A stretch of 64,000 nt of DNA from a bacterium (GCA_965249485.1 OZ252239.1:1792001-1856000), one strand, 5' to 3'. Positions 31,916-42,948 are shown, counted from the first letter of the stretch. Numbers and translations: made by a program. The notes: generated by a model from the letters alone, not told the origin.

Positions 31916-33322
31916 TTAATGGATCAGTAAAATTCGCTCATTTGGCGGATGAAGAAATTCAACTCCCCGACTGGATACTACGTGATTACCTTCTATATTA
32001 ATGTATACAGGAAAACCTGGTCTTTCAGGGAGGTTTGTAAAAATATTAAATTCAAAAGAAAATAAGTGATTTTCTTGAAACTTAAGGTGATCCCGGTCCG
32101 ACCGGAATGGAGAAACCGAAGGTCCAACAGTCACTAAACTCCCCCCGTTATTTCCTTGGCTGTGCAGGTCAATTGAGAATCCAGACTTATCAGTATTAGC
32201 GAGCACTCTCTGAATATTCTCGTAATCTTCTGAAAATTCATCATTAGAGGGTGAATATATGTAGTCTGATTCTTCCAGTACTGAAACGATATCTCGCAAA
32301 GTTTCTCCGGCAGTCTTGCCAACTTTTATTTGCTTTCTAATAAATGTGCGGGCACCTATTGCACGATCATATGCATGTTGTAAACTCGCGGGGACACTTG
32401 TTTCGCCTTCTCTCATAATATATGCGTTACGTTTATAATCTGTCCCAAAGTAATCCAGATACCGCACTCCATTATCAAACGACAGAAAATCACCTCGCTG
32501 TAATACGTAATCGGGAGAATTAATCACAGATTGATCAGAAACGGCTGAATAGATAACCCCCGGCATACCGGGCATTTGTCTGAATCCTCTTGCTAAATTT
32601 CTTGTGTAAAACTGCTCCCGAACCCACCAGCCTACATCCTCACGCGTTGTTACACCCGGCGTAATGACTTCATTTGACAAAGAACGTTCCAGTATCTGAC
32701 GGTGTATCTCAAGCGCATTGGTCATGAGCGTCACTTCCCTCAAGATCCTTCTTGACCTGAAATCGGTGATCAGGTTCTCTGCGGATATAATTCCCGCGGA
32801 ATATTTAGGGCCTAATATTTTTTCCAATCTCACGTATTGCGAATGTGATATCCCGTCAGCTATAGCGAGCCAGTCGGATGTGTTGACTGCAATTGTTTTC
32901 GGATCACGCTCTTCTACAAACTCTGTTATTTCGTCCCAGACTCCGGGATCCAGTTTATTGCTATAACCGTTAAAAGCCCGCGCGACTTCGCGAGAACCAC
33001 GCACGTCAATATCTGAAACAGCTCCCGCTCCACCAAACACAGCCCGTTCAATCCTGTCACCACGATCGGTAAAGATCAAATAACCCGAGGTTGTTCCAAA
33101 TTCCGGGAACATTGGATCAGGATCTCCCGCACGCGTGACATGGATCCACATATCAACATTATTGTCACGCATAACTCCAGGAAGGATAAGATCAAGTTTT
33201 TCATTCCGTATCAGACGGAGAACTTCTGAACCAGTTTTTGCCGTATGTACACCCGGTTGTGCATTGGCAACAGGTACTGTAAACATCACAGAAATTAAAA
33301 ATATCAAAACTCGAGATATCAT
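31916..33322 (-). CDS. Secreted M24-like protein, paralogue 4
   Basis: Candidate metal ligands D..D (SFDNG, GTDY), H (DLHS), E (SFEF), E (NIEG). Confidence 0.8.
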   Translation of the reverse strand: MISRVLIFLISVMFTVPVANAQPGVHTAKTGSEVLRLIRNEKLDLILPGVMRDNNVDMWIHVTRAGDPDPMFPEFGTTSGYLIFTDRGDRIERAVFGGAGAVSDIDVRGSREVARAFNGYSNKLDPGVWDEITEFVEERDPKTIAVNTSDWLAIADGISHSQYVRLEKILGPKYSAGIISAENLITDFRSRRILREVTLMTNALEIHRQILERSLSNEVITPGVTTREDVGWWVREQFYTRNLARGFRQMPGMPGVIYSAVSDQSVINSPDYVLQRGDFLSFDNGVRYLDYFGTDYKRNAYIMREGETSVPASLQHAYDRAIGARTFIRKQIKVGKTAGETLRDIVSVLEESDYIYSPSNDEFSEDYENIQRVLANTDKSGFSIDLHSQGNNGGSLVTVGPSVSPFRSDRDHLKFQENHLFSFEFNIFTNLPERPGFPVYINIEGNHVVSSRGVEFLHPPNERILLIH

Positions 33323-33374
33323 AACATTCTCCTTTATTAATTTTTAGTGATAAATATTATGTTAAGCATTTTAC

Positions 33375-33417
33375 TTTTACATGTATTATTACATTTGGGC
33401 TGTACGATGTGCGAAGC
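33375..33417 (+). repeat. Cassette repeat copy
   Basis: TTTTACATGTATTATTACATTTGGGCTGTACGATGTGCGAAGC. Confidence 0.88.
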
Positions 33418-33499
33418 TTTGAAGTAAGTCTAAAACAGTCCAACTTGTTCTGAGCCACTACTTTCAAGAGAAAAAAACTTTTGGTCCAGTAATGCATAG

Positions 33500-34939
33500 T
33501 TACTTAACAACATGCCACTTGACATTTGCTCTACTAAGATAGTCAAATCCATTATCTGTAAACATTCCGAGTTGTTCGATCCCAAATGACAAACCGTTTT
33601 CACCCCATCCCGGAACAGCAAAAGTAAAATTCGGTTCGTGCGAATAGAGCGTATTATAATGGAGTGTGAGAGCAGGGGAAAGAAGGGGGTGCTGCATGTA
33701 CCCGGTACCTATTCCCACAACGTACGTCCCCCGGGAAAACTGTAAATCATTCACAGTAAACCGCCTTATAAAATTTGGCGGGGGATGAAAACCGAATCTG
33801 GCTCTGATTATACGCGAATCAGGCGGCATAATCTTATTACCGGCGTCACGGATCTCTTGTGCGGTTCGGCCTGCTACATATGCTTTTCTGTATGCATCCA
33901 GCATCTCGTTCATAAGCCGCAACACTTCTTTCAAATCTTCTGGAACATCTGTCTCATCCTCCTGGAGTACATACGCAAACTGTTGAGAATCGGTTTCAAG
34001 ACCGAGCAGCATGATATCAGAATCTAAACCAACAATGTCACCGCGTCTGATAATTACATTGTCGCCACGGGTCCTCCCATTTCGAAAATATTCAGAAGAG
34101 TCATCATATTCGGCGATCTTCGACGGCCTTCTCCAGATGTCTACACCTGGATTGTTATCTATATCTAAATGAAGATCACGATACCTGTGCCGTATCCACC
34201 AATTCACGTCATCGGTTGTCGTATGGTTGGGTATGATCACCTTGTTTGAAAAGGCTTCAGCAATAACGTCATTTTGGACTCCCTGGACATAACGGTACAT
34301 ACTAATTTGCTTCGGGCCCATAATTGTAAGCCATAGAATACCAAGTTCCCACGAATCAACAGTACGGGAAGCATATTTACTTCCCAGAGCCTGCTGCATT
34401 TCATCACCCGTTACTATAGTTAATTGTGATGTGTCGCCAAAATTTCGTCGTCGAATATAGAGGTTCTTTATGCTGATTGCGATCTTTTTGGGATCCCGTT
34501 CCCGTACCAATCGGGTTATATGATCATAATTCTCCGGCTCAACATATTCAATTTCAGTACCCGTATCGTAAAAAAGGAGGAATTCGGGCAATCCGGATAG
34601 TTTACCCTGATAGTTACTCGGAAATACCTGTCCCTCATGGTTTGCCGGAAGTAATGATGTGTAAACCGGATGTTCCCTATACGACGTCTGCCGGTAAAGC
34701 GGTTCTTCATCATTTCGGATGATCCACATGTCCACTCCTCGTTCACGCATTATCATCGGAAGTACGTTCTCTTTTTTCCAGTCCCAAAACTTTTGCATGA
34801 TCCGGACACGTTCCCGCATCGGGATAAAATTTGCCGCATCATCGCCCGAGCCCGATTTAGGTACCTGAGCAAAAGAACCGCTGACCGTTACGAACAAAAA
34901 TACACAAGAAATAATCCCGAAAATTTTCTTTGCTTTCAT
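33500..34939 (-). CDS. Secreted M24-like protein, paralogue 5 (divergent)
   Basis: LPMIMRERGVDMWI, ERDPKKIAI, GLDSDI..ETDSQQFAYVL. Confidence 0.75.
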   Translation of the reverse strand: MKAKKIFGIISCVFLFVTVSGSFAQVPKSGSGDDAANFIPMRERVRIMQKFWDWKKENVLPMIMRERGVDMWIIRNDEEPLYRQTSYREHPVYTSLLPANHEGQVFPSNYQGKLSGLPEFLLFYDTGTEIEYVEPENYDHITRLVRERDPKKIAISIKNLYIRRRNFGDTSQLTIVTGDEMQQALGSKYASRTVDSWELGILWLTIMGPKQISMYRYVQGVQNDVIAEAFSNKVIIPNHTTTDDVNWWIRHRYRDLHLDIDNNPGVDIWRRPSKIAEYDDSSEYFRNGRTRGDNVIIRRGDIVGLDSDIMLLGLETDSQQFAYVLQEDETDVPEDLKEVLRLMNEMLDAYRKAYVAGRTAQEIRDAGNKIMPPDSRIIRARFGFHPPPNFIRRFTVNDLQFSRGTYVVGIGTGYMQHPLLSPALTLHYNTLYSHEPNFTFAVPGWGENGLSFGIEQLGMFTDNGFDYLSRANVKWHVVK

Positions 34940-34994
34940 TGTTTTTCCTTCATTTTTCGTAAGTTACATTCCAATAAGATATAGATTTTTGAAT

Positions 34995-35125
34995 TTCCCC
35001 ATATCAATTCGTTGAAAGAGAATATATTTGAGTTTGTTTTGAAATATGTCGCTAATTTAAGATGTGATATACTTGGTCAGAATGTATTGGATATTGTAAT
35101 ATAAATGGTAAGATATACATATGGC
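34995..35125 (-). promoter_or_regulatory. Conserved leader type A with -10 box (copies also at 46541-46679, 52713-52845, 53951-54094, 60443-60583; partial at 26617, 29908, 45488, 57237)
   Basis: Shared CATATCAATTC..AAGAG, AGATGTG.T.TAC.TGGTCAG and ATAAATGGTAAGATATACAT blocks. Confidence 0.78.
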
Positions 35126-35170
35126 TTTTACAAGTATATTCTAATCCTCGGGCTGTACGATTTGCGAACC
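35126..35170 (+). repeat. Cassette repeat copy
   Basis: TTTTACAAGTATATTCTAATCCTCGGGCTGTACGATTTGCGAACC. Confidence 0.92.
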
Positions 35171-35280
35171 TTTGAGGTGGTTATAAATTGAAGTATTTTA
35201 AGAAAGTAAAGCAGAGCCTGCCGGTTAGATGAGAGACAAGGTGGTAATTTTTTCAGATAATATCTTAATATAGTAATCAT

Positions 35281-36306
35281 TTATTTATAGGCGATTACAG
35301 CACTTGTTGGTCCAGTCAATGGCATTTTCTCTGTTTTTGCAAAATTCGCTTCTTTTGCCCACATATCAAAATCTGCATGAGTAAAATCAAATGCGTCACC
35401 AAATTCTATGAGCATATTTAATGACATTAACAAACCGAAAGTGTTTTCTCTTCGCTCATCATCAATTATGTTTTCAATAACCACAAATGCACCATTTTCA
35501 GGCAAGGCTTCATATGCTTTTTTTATTAGTATTTTCTTATTCTCTATATTCCAATCGTGAAGTATATTTCCCATTGTTATAATATCTGCTTTAGGAAAAT
35601 CATCTTTAAAAAAATCTCCTGCTACGAATTTTACTTTATTTGACAATCCCATTTTTTGTATTTTACTCTTTGCAACTGGTTCTACTGGTGGCAGATCAAA
35701 CACAGTGCATGTCATATGATCATTGTTTAATACTATTTGAGAAGTCAAGAGTGCTGAAGCCCCGCCCATATCACATAATGTTTTATATTTCGAGAAATCG
35801 AACTTATTGGCAAATTCAACAAAATTGTTTATTTGTATGCCTTCCATAGCGTTTAAGAAAGCTTTTAGTTTTTCAGGAGAAGAATATAATTCTTCAAACA
35901 CTGATTTTCCGGAGGTTTTAATTTCAGTCTGAGTTTTTCCTGTTTGCAAACCTTCTCCTAAATCATCCCAAAACTTATATAATCTGTCATCAAACATTTC
36001 TAATATGCCACCTATATAAGAAGGTTTGTTTTTATCAAGGAATAATTCAATATCATCTGCATTACTATATTTACCACTTTCACCATTGTCATTTCTTTTT
36101 AAAAAATTTAAAGAAACCAAAGCATCTAAAAAGTCATAAACACCTCTTTCATGTAACTTCAACCTTGATTTTATTTCATCACCTGTTAAGGCATTTTTAC
36201 TTAATATTGTAAAAAGTTCGAATTTTATAGCCGTAAGAAGAGTCTTGGATGCCATAAAACCACTTCCTACCTGCATTATATTTGCTGGATTTATTTGCTC
36301 ATTCAT
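35281..36306 (-). CDS. SAM-dependent O-methyltransferase (Methyltransf_2 with dimerisation domain)
   Basis: CDMGGASA, FDLP, AGDFF, GNILHDW. Confidence 0.9.
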   Translation of the reverse strand: MNEQINPANIMQVGSGFMASKTLLTAIKFELFTILSKNALTGDEIKSRLKLHERGVYDFLDALVSLNFLKRNDNGESGKYSNADDIELFLDKNKPSYIGGILEMFDDRLYKFWDDLGEGLQTGKTQTEIKTSGKSVFEELYSSPEKLKAFLNAMEGIQINNFVEFANKFDFSKYKTLCDMGGASALLTSQIVLNNDHMTCTVFDLPPVEPVAKSKIQKMGLSNKVKFVAGDFFKDDFPKADIITMGNILHDWNIENKKILIKKAYEALPENGAFVVIENIIDDERRENTFGLLMSLNMLIEFGDAFDFTHADFDMWAKEANFAKTEKMPLTGPTSAVIAYK

Positions 36307-36532
36307 GTTAAATCTCCGATATTATCTAATTATAGTCGTCATGACAAGTCAGGCTTGTCAGGTCAATTGACTTAAGATACATGTGGGGTATATTTCTTAT
36401 TCTATGCAGGTACTATCTTGTTAAGGTACATGGGGCTATATTCTTAGGTCAGATTATAAAACCACCCAATGTGGAATATCTTTTCACAAATGTAAGCGAG
36501 TCTATTTTAAAATGCAAGAAATAATATAAAAA

Positions 36533-36555
36533 GGCTCATCGAGTAGGACTCGAAC
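36533..36555 (-). other. tRNA 3'-end fragment (Asn-like), att scar
   Basis: GTTCGAGTCCTACTCGATGAGCC; tandem TGTGCCTAAA repeats at 36620-36640. Confidence 0.55.
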
Positions 36556-36743
36556 GTATCACGCTAATCTCAGAAACGTCAATAAAAACAAGAACATACA
36601 CATCGCATAAATCTGCATTTGTGCCTAAAATGTGCCTAAATTTTTCAAATTTTTCTAACTCCAATATGTTGAAAAATAAAAAACAAACTTTTAATCCATT
36701 ACATATTCTGTTCCTTCTTTTGTAAGGTTAAATGATAAATAAA

Positions 36744-38234
36744 TTAATTATCAATCATAATTTTCTTACTTGAAGTGACTTTATTGTTGTTAGACACGTC
36801 CGATATGGTTACCGAGAGTATGTAGGGGCCATTTCGGAGGCTGCTCAAATCGAATTGAATAGCTTCCATTGTGGTGTTCCTATTTGTAATCCGCGTATCG
36901 GTTCGACCAATTGAATATTTATTCTTGCGTGTTAGAAAATCGAAAAATTTCCTTGCAAGATTTTCCCGGCTCTCATCCCAATCGACCGATATCTCCAATG
37001 TATATTCTTCCGAACTTCCATCTTCAACAGTATTGTACACTTCAAAATAGAGGAGAAGCGGTTCCGATTTTTGTATTTCAGGAAACGGATACGGAGCAGC
37101 ATAAAAACCGCCTTTGACAGAAGAAGGCAGTACAATTCTCTGGTCAGTCGTCGTCACTTCCTTGAAAAGCCGGATGTCACTTATCATCAAGTCCCCGCCT
37201 TGAAAATTTCTGATATTGACAATATTCTTCGTATAACCAAGATGTCCTGTTTCGTTATTCTTGACCTGGAGTGTTAATTCTCCAATAAGCGGAGGTGTAA
37301 AGAGCGTAATCGAATTTGTTGCATATTTCAATCCTTCACGTACTGAAGATTGTATGGGAAATGCGTGTAATGATTGCGTACTGATTATTGGATTATATTC
37401 CAAGTCCCTTAGTAAGCTACTATATTGTATGCTGAGAGAATCGGTAGAGGGTGAGTCGATATAGCCATGAATTTCTTTTATTGGTACCAAGAAAGATGAT
37501 TCAATTTTTATAGAACCTTCTGGCCCTCTAAATTGGGACACATCATATGTAAAAGGAAGACTTCTTTCTTCAGATTCAGGATCCACAATAGCAATTGGAG
37601 CATTGTTTTTAGCAATTCGTTCTTGAAATTTCGGATTAAGACCTCCATAAGCCTGGAATGGTGTCAACTCTTCAAAATATGAGTGATTTTTCCGGAAATA
37701 AACTATTAAAAATTGAGAAATATTTTCATATGACCACGCTTCTTCAGGTCTTTTTTGTATAATGCCAAAACTGTACAACACAGTAACAACTGTCCTGTGA
37801 TCCTTCAACCGCAATTTCGGTTTACCCCATTTCAAATAATATCTACCCCGATCATCAAAATAAGGAGGTTTGTCACGTGAAAAATACTTTTTAACATAAT
37901 TATAACGATCAACAAAACTTGAAAGCCATAAGTTTTCAGTATCGAGAGGATTGGGATTTTCTCTGTTCCAGTAAAGCTTGATATATTCTTTTTTTGCTTC
38001 TATTGACTGAAGTGAATTATAATATTCTGATTGAAAATCATTAAGGAGCTCAAAGAAAGGGTATTCAAATTCATGGATGAAAGTTGTGCTATCTGATTCG
38101 GTAAGTAATTTGAAGTATTCTGTTTCGGATTTTATCGATTCGTGATGAGTTTCCTGAGCATAAATATGTGGGATTGCAAAATAAACGAGGAGTAGAAGTG
38201 CAGAAAATATTATCAAATTCTTTGGACGCATCAT
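36744..38234 (-). CDS. GWxTD domain protein
   Basis: YWNRENPNPLDTEN, RYNYV, DDRGRYYLKWGKP, EEAWSY; C-terminal LLLYFEVYN region. Confidence 0.8.
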   Translation of the reverse strand: MMRPKNLIIFSALLLLVYFAIPHIYAQETHHESIKSETEYFKLLTESDSTTFIHEFEYPFFELLNDFQSEYYNSLQSIEAKKEYIKLYWNRENPNPLDTENLWLSSFVDRYNYVKKYFSRDKPPYFDDRGRYYLKWGKPKLRLKDHRTVVTVLYSFGIIQKRPEEAWSYENISQFLIVYFRKNHSYFEELTPFQAYGGLNPKFQERIAKNNAPIAIVDPESEERSLPFTYDVSQFRGPEGSIKIESSFLVPIKEIHGYIDSPSTDSLSIQYSSLLRDLEYNPIISTQSLHAFPIQSSVREGLKYATNSITLFTPPLIGELTLQVKNNETGHLGYTKNIVNIRNFQGGDLMISDIRLFKEVTTTDQRIVLPSSVKGGFYAAPYPFPEIQKSEPLLLYFEVYNTVEDGSSEEYTLEISVDWDESRENLARKFFDFLTRKNKYSIGRTDTRITNRNTTMEAIQFDLSSLRNGPYILSVTISDVSNNNKVTSSKKIMIDN

Positions 38235-38413
38235 AGCTTGCTCCGGAATTGATATTACTTAATATACTAAACTCTATGCTTTTTTATTTCAATATATTTT
38301 CTTTTTGATTGGCTGATAGAAATTGATTATATCGTCGATAGTAGGATCCCTAAAATGTGCTCATTAAAATAAAGTTATTAAAAATTCCGGTAAGGATAAA
38401 CTATTGGACTTTT

Positions 38414-38443
38414 TGCGGAGCGTGCAGGACTCGAACCTGCGAC
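38414..38443 (-). other. tRNA 3'-end fragment (Asp-like), att scar
   Basis: GTCGCAGGTTCGAGTCCTGCACGCTCCGCA: intact T-arm and acceptor 3' strand, no 5' half. Confidence 0.75.
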
Positions 38444-38496
38444 ACTCACCGATTTTGCGGCAGTTGCTCAAAACCAGATTTACGCGGCACCCGGCA

Positions 38497-39978
38497 TTAC
38501 CTGATAAGATACAGCTCTTTCTGCGGCGGAGATAAATACTCGACGCCACTTTCAGTGGCAATCGCCGCCTCGTGGTCCCACCAGAGCAGGTACTGGTCCT
38601 CATCTGCATTGGAGGTCGGCGACGGCATATAAAAGAAATACTCCATAACAAAATGGTGATTGGGCGGCAGCGGTATCTCCTTCGTCCAGTCCGGCCCCTG
38701 CGAACCGATACGCGGGCTGAAATAGTTCTCGTTCGGCCTCGGACGCGCCCCCATCATCATGCCGTGCGCATCGATACTCAGCTGCGTTTTTCCGAGATCA
38801 TAATCCGCGGCGTACACAGAGAAATTATTTTTGGGGATAACCATATGCAGTTGGGGATCCCGGACTATAATCCCGGCCTCTTCAAATTTCTGCGTGTAGT
38901 CCTCAATGATCTCATGTGGGGTGCGTCCCGCCCTGATGGTCTCCGCCAGAATAGCATCGACCTTCAGATATTCCGCCCAGAGTTTTTTGATTTCAGGCGG
39001 AGGTTCGGCCTCCCCGTCACGGAGCACATATGCATACATGCCCACGCCAACTGCCGCAAAGATATCACCGCCCTGCACCACACTGTTTTCCCAGCCGTCA
39101 CTCCTGCCCCGCTGTGACTGCCCGGACCACATCCGGCGGAAAACAGTACCTCCCTCGCCGCGCGTCGGGGTAACACCCGGCACGACCGCTTCAAACGCCT
39201 TTTTTACCTGTTCGACCCTGTCCCTACTGAGTTTCCTGAGAAGTTCAATCTCGCTCGGCACTTTCTGAATAATGTAATTCAAGATCAGATATTCGGAGGA
39301 GACAATCCGCTTGGCAAAGTTCTCACCAAGCTCCTCGGTTAACAGGAGATAATCGGTGTGCGACAATCCGTCCCAGACACCTCCGTCTAACATTTCGTTG
39401 TACGTTACATACGGTCCCAGCTTATGCTTGAAATTCACCGCGATGCGTTTGGGATTCCGCTCTTCGATAAATTCCCTGAGCCCTTTGAACCGGTAATCGT
39501 ATTCGGTCAGCGGGCCACCCACCGGCTGCTGTTTCAGAACCCCGTCGCCGATTATGTCGTAAGCACCGTCTTGTTCAACCTGCTGTGTATTCCATGCTAC
39601 CCGTTCACGCTGTGCAGTTCCCCATCGGCGTCCGATAATCGCCCGTTCGATCCTGTTACCACCACGGTCCGTGAAGACGAAAACACCCGACGTACTGCCC
39701 AGCTCTCCCGCGCCGAAGGTATCGGCAATCATCTCCCGCGATACATGGATCCACATATCGACCCCGTGCTCCCGCATGACACGCGGCAGAATGACATCAA
39801 ACTTGTCCCGGCGGATCCGGTAATTCCACTCCTGTAATTCCCGCTGTTCCTCTTCGCTCTGAACCTGATCGGCGGTCATGGCAGTATCGGTCGATACTGA
39901 CCCCGGACCGCAGAAAGTCAGAACGAACAGCCCAGTACATAAAATAATCATTACTCGAGATATCATGACTTGCTCCAT
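38497..39978 (-). CDS. M24-like lipoprotein, paralogue 6
   Basis: LPRVMREHGVDMWIH, ERNPKRIAVN, DGLSHTDY; lipobox-like LTFC. Confidence 0.75.
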   Translation of the reverse strand: MEQVMISRVMIILCTGLFVLTFCGPGSVSTDTAMTADQVQSEEEQRELQEWNYRIRRDKFDVILPRVMREHGVDMWIHVSREMIADTFGAGELGSTSGVFVFTDRGGNRIERAIIGRRWGTAQRERVAWNTQQVEQDGAYDIIGDGVLKQQPVGGPLTEYDYRFKGLREFIEERNPKRIAVNFKHKLGPYVTYNEMLDGGVWDGLSHTDYLLLTEELGENFAKRIVSSEYLILNYIIQKVPSEIELLRKLSRDRVEQVKKAFEAVVPGVTPTRGEGGTVFRRMWSGQSQRGRSDGWENSVVQGGDIFAAVGVGMYAYVLRDGEAEPPPEIKKLWAEYLKVDAILAETIRAGRTPHEIIEDYTQKFEEAGIIVRDPQLHMVIPKNNFSVYAADYDLGKTQLSIDAHGMMMGARPRPNENYFSPRIGSQGPDWTKEIPLPPNHHFVMEYFFYMPSPTSNADEDQYLLWWDHEAAIATESGVEYLSPPQKELYLIR

Positions 39979-40148
39979 TTGAATTGAATAGTGACTTTTT
40001 GTTTATTTGTATTATAATCCAAGCGTGGTCAGACTTTGTGACATTATACTTCTTACAATGGTATATTCATGAATACAATTGAATCAGGGTGTGTATCGTC
40101 AGAATAATGAGGGTACGACTATGTAGATAATACGGAGTGTATTTTTAT

Positions 40149-40192
40149 TTTTCAAGTTATTTCTGCTCCCCGGCCTGTACGATTCGCGAACC
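40149..40192 (+). repeat. Cassette repeat copy
   Basis: TTTTCAAGTTATTTCTGCTCCCCGGCCTGTACGATTCGCGAACC. Confidence 0.9.
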
Positions 40193-40272
40193 TTTGTACT
40201 TACTTTTTCTTGCGAATTAATATAATAAATGTAATTTGGTATAGTATATGGAAAACTATAGAATAACTTGTT

Positions 40273-41289
40273 ATGCCTAAGGAGAAATCCATGAGACTCT
40301 TCATTTGTTTGTGTCTACTTGTTTTTGTGTTGGCGTGTAAGAGTAATGGGCGGCAGGCGGATGGCAAGCCCGTCAGCAATACTCTGACGATCACGGAGGG
40401 CGATTTGAAGGTCACCATTCGAGACAATGCCCAATCCCCGGAGGTTCTTAGTGGACTGGCCTCATTATTCAACCTGAAGGATGCCCCAGAGTTCCATGCC
40501 TTCGACTCGACCGACACCGGGGCAGACACCGGGCTGAACTTTGAACACATCACCTCTGGCCACATGAACCCGAACAACTCCTTCACGCCACGGGAGGGCA
40601 CGTTCGCCCTGATCCCGTTGCCGGATGGGAAATCGGCCCAGCTTGTGCGAAACAAGGAGGACTCCCCGTGGGCAATGTCCAGCACGCTCAAGTACACCGT
40701 CACCACGCCGCATTACATCGACGTGGACTTCCGCTGTACCCCTCATGACAAGGTTCTGTTCGGCAAACGGGGCTACGCCATCCTCTTCTTCGCCAACTAC
40801 ATGAACGATGTCGAGGACGTGGCGCTCAACTTCCAGGGCGTCGAGGGACCGAAGCAGAATGAGAAGTGGATCAAGGCGGATGCACCAGAAGGCCATGCTG
40901 ACTGGAACCAAGGCGGCACCTACCGAAGTCTCCCTGCGGCCGACCAGGAGTACGACCCCGACCACAACTGGAACCTGAACTCCTGGAGCTACGATTATCC
41001 CCGGTTCACCAAGCCCTTCTACTACGGTCGAGCGGCCAATGGCATGGTTTTCATCATGATGTTTAACAAATTGTACAGCGCGGAGGATGAGATTCGGTTC
41101 AGCCTCTTCAAGTTCAAACTGCCCGAAGTTCCCCGGCCTGCCTGGGACTTCCAGTACGTCATTCACGCGATCGAAGAAGGCAATCAGTATGGATTCCAAG
41201 CACGCTTGGTCTGGAAGAAGTTCGTCAGTCCGGAGGATTGCCTCAAGGAATACGAAACCTGGGCGGCATCCATTGGCAACGAGCGATAG
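40273..41289 (+). CDS. Hypothetical lipoprotein (beta-rich), GC-rich
   Basis: Lipobox VLAC; strong G/C third-position bias; opposite orientation to neighbours. Confidence 0.7.
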   Translation: MPKEKSMRLFICLCLLVFVLACKSNGRQADGKPVSNTLTITEGDLKVTIRDNAQSPEVLSGLASLFNLKDAPEFHAFDSTDTGADTGLNFEHITSGHMNPNNSFTPREGTFALIPLPDGKSAQLVRNKEDSPWAMSSTLKYTVTTPHYIDVDFRCTPHDKVLFGKRGYAILFFANYMNDVEDVALNFQGVEGPKQNEKWIKADAPEGHADWNQGGTYRSLPAADQEYDPDHNWNLNSWSYDYPRFTKPFYYGRAANGMVFIMMFNKLYSAEDEIRFSLFKFKLPEVPRPAWDFQYVIHAIEEGNQYGFQARLVWKKFVSPEDCLKEYETWAASIGNER

Positions 41290-41322
41290 CGGTCTGCTCA
41301 AATTCCGAGTTGCCTGGCAAAT

Positions 41323-42723
41323 CTATTTCTGAAGCGGCAGATTAAACAATTCAATCGGATTTGTTCGTAGAAATTTTATTGCGAGCTCATTTGCGTCTTC
41401 TTCCGTGAGGTACCCTGAAATGACTTTTTCAGCCAACGTCTCCGTTACCATTTCCCTTACCATCTTGGCATGTGCATAAGCACCTTCCGGGTAGGAGTAA
41501 TCACCGCCGAAAGCTATGATTTTATTTGCGGGAACAGTTTCGATCCATTCGGACAGGAATTCTCTCGAAAGTTTCGGTGATATTATTGACGTCCAGACCA
41601 TGTCAATATATACATTTTGAAAGTTTTTTGCCATGGCGCCAAGTTCACGGCCGTACGGATAACCGCCATGAAAAAGGTCAAATTTGACGTCCGGGTATTC
41701 CATGATTAAATTGAGCAGGTCTGTAGGTTTTGAATTGGTAACGATATTTCCTGCTCCGGTCTGAATGCCCGTGTGTACCTGAAATGTGATCTTATATTCT
41801 GCAGCAAGCCGGCATATCTGATGCATCATGTAATTCTGATAGTGTTCAAGTTCTTCCCATGATGGAACCTTTTTTGTCCGGGCGTAACCGATGTATGTCC
41901 CTAAGATTTTGTTGAATTCTGCTTCCGCTTCAGCTTCTGTTGGTCTTGGATAATAAATCCTGCGGTCATAAGCAAGACGCGATTTGATACCGACAATACC
42001 CTCGTTGACAGCATCATCGAATGCTTTTTCAAGAGCCGTTACCATGTCCCGGAGGCTGCGGATTGGTACACCCGTTTTGTCGCTAATGGCATCCAAATTT
42101 ACTTTACTTTGAGCTTCCATGAAATAATCAAAGCACATCACCGGGACAAAAAACTCCCTATCAACGTCCGTTCTTTCGATATCGACCATTGAGAGATCTA
42201 TTCTGGCTTTGTCTTTTAATATCCGACGATAAAGACCGGGAGTATTGGCTGCTTCAATCCTTTTGTTCAATTCTTCTGCGGAAGCGGGAGTCATTGTATT
42301 AATGTCCAGTCCGTACAAATCGTTCACAACGGTTTGCAGGGCTTTGCCATATCCTGTGAATCGCATTTCTTTCCAGAATTTCATAAATACAGGCCATCGT
42401 TCACTCAGAGGTTTGGATGTATCCTGGATGTCAAATTTAACACCCCAGTCAAATCCCCGGGGACGCGCCATACCTGCCGAGACCAGATCTGATTCAACAT
42501 AATGAAGCATTCTCGCGAGGAAATCAACAGGCCGTTTTAAATATTCCTCCTCGCTTCTCAGATGCTCGTGTGTATCTACAATCCATATGCGGTCAATTGT
42601 GTTTTGTAAACGGCGATATACATCAGTATCTTTTACAGATTGAGCCCTCGTCCATTGTGGCGTACAAACCATGAGGGCTATAAGTATACAGCACGTATTG
42701 AAAAAATATTTGGTAATTCGCAT
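41323..42723 (-). CDS. Secreted amidohydrolase_2 / uronate isomerase-like metallohydrolase
   Basis: VDTHEH, GIKS, QVHTG, LFHGGYP, FGGDY. Confidence 0.85.
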   Translation of the reverse strand: MRITKYFFNTCCILIALMVCTPQWTRAQSVKDTDVYRRLQNTIDRIWIVDTHEHLRSEEEYLKRPVDFLARMLHYVESDLVSAGMARPRGFDWGVKFDIQDTSKPLSERWPVFMKFWKEMRFTGYGKALQTVVNDLYGLDINTMTPASAEELNKRIEAANTPGLYRRILKDKARIDLSMVDIERTDVDREFFVPVMCFDYFMEAQSKVNLDAISDKTGVPIRSLRDMVTALEKAFDDAVNEGIVGIKSRLAYDRRIYYPRPTEAEAEAEFNKILGTYIGYARTKKVPSWEELEHYQNYMMHQICRLAAEYKITFQVHTGIQTGAGNIVTNSKPTDLLNLIMEYPDVKFDLFHGGYPYGRELGAMAKNFQNVYIDMVWTSIISPKLSREFLSEWIETVPANKIIAFGGDYSYPEGAYAHAKMVREMVTETLAEKVISGYLTEEDANELAIKFLRTNPIELFNLPLQK

Positions 42724-42903
42724 AAAAACCTCCCGGATTTTGCCATTAACACTAGTAGTAATTGATGGCTATATTTGAATGATGATTCGGTAAAAAGACT
42801 ATTAAAAGATGTAGTGCAGTTTTTTCCCCAGCTGAAAGCAGGCTGTTTTATAATACTAATGGAAGTATGGGTACATACTTGGAAATTATGATATATATGT
42901 GGC

Positions 42904-42948
42904 TTGTACAAGCAAAATCTACTCCCCGGGCTGTACGATTTGCGAACC
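42904..42948 (+). repeat. Cassette repeat copy
   Basis: TTGTACAAGCAAAATCTACTCCCCGGGCTGTACGATTTGCGAACC. Confidence 0.92.

Noticed and set aside
36324..36450. Possible attC remnant (GTTAGAT at 35224, ATCTAAT at 36324, TGACAAG/CTTGTCA palindrome, short direct repeat)
   Set aside because: Single occurrence and no complete attC fold could be assembled by eye.
21615..38443. Functional tRNA genes
   Set aside because: All three lack the 5' half or D-arm.
40465..41301. 278-aa antisense ORF and the many other overlapping short ORFs in the track
   Set aside because: These are shadow frames of better-supported genes with no recognisable motifs.
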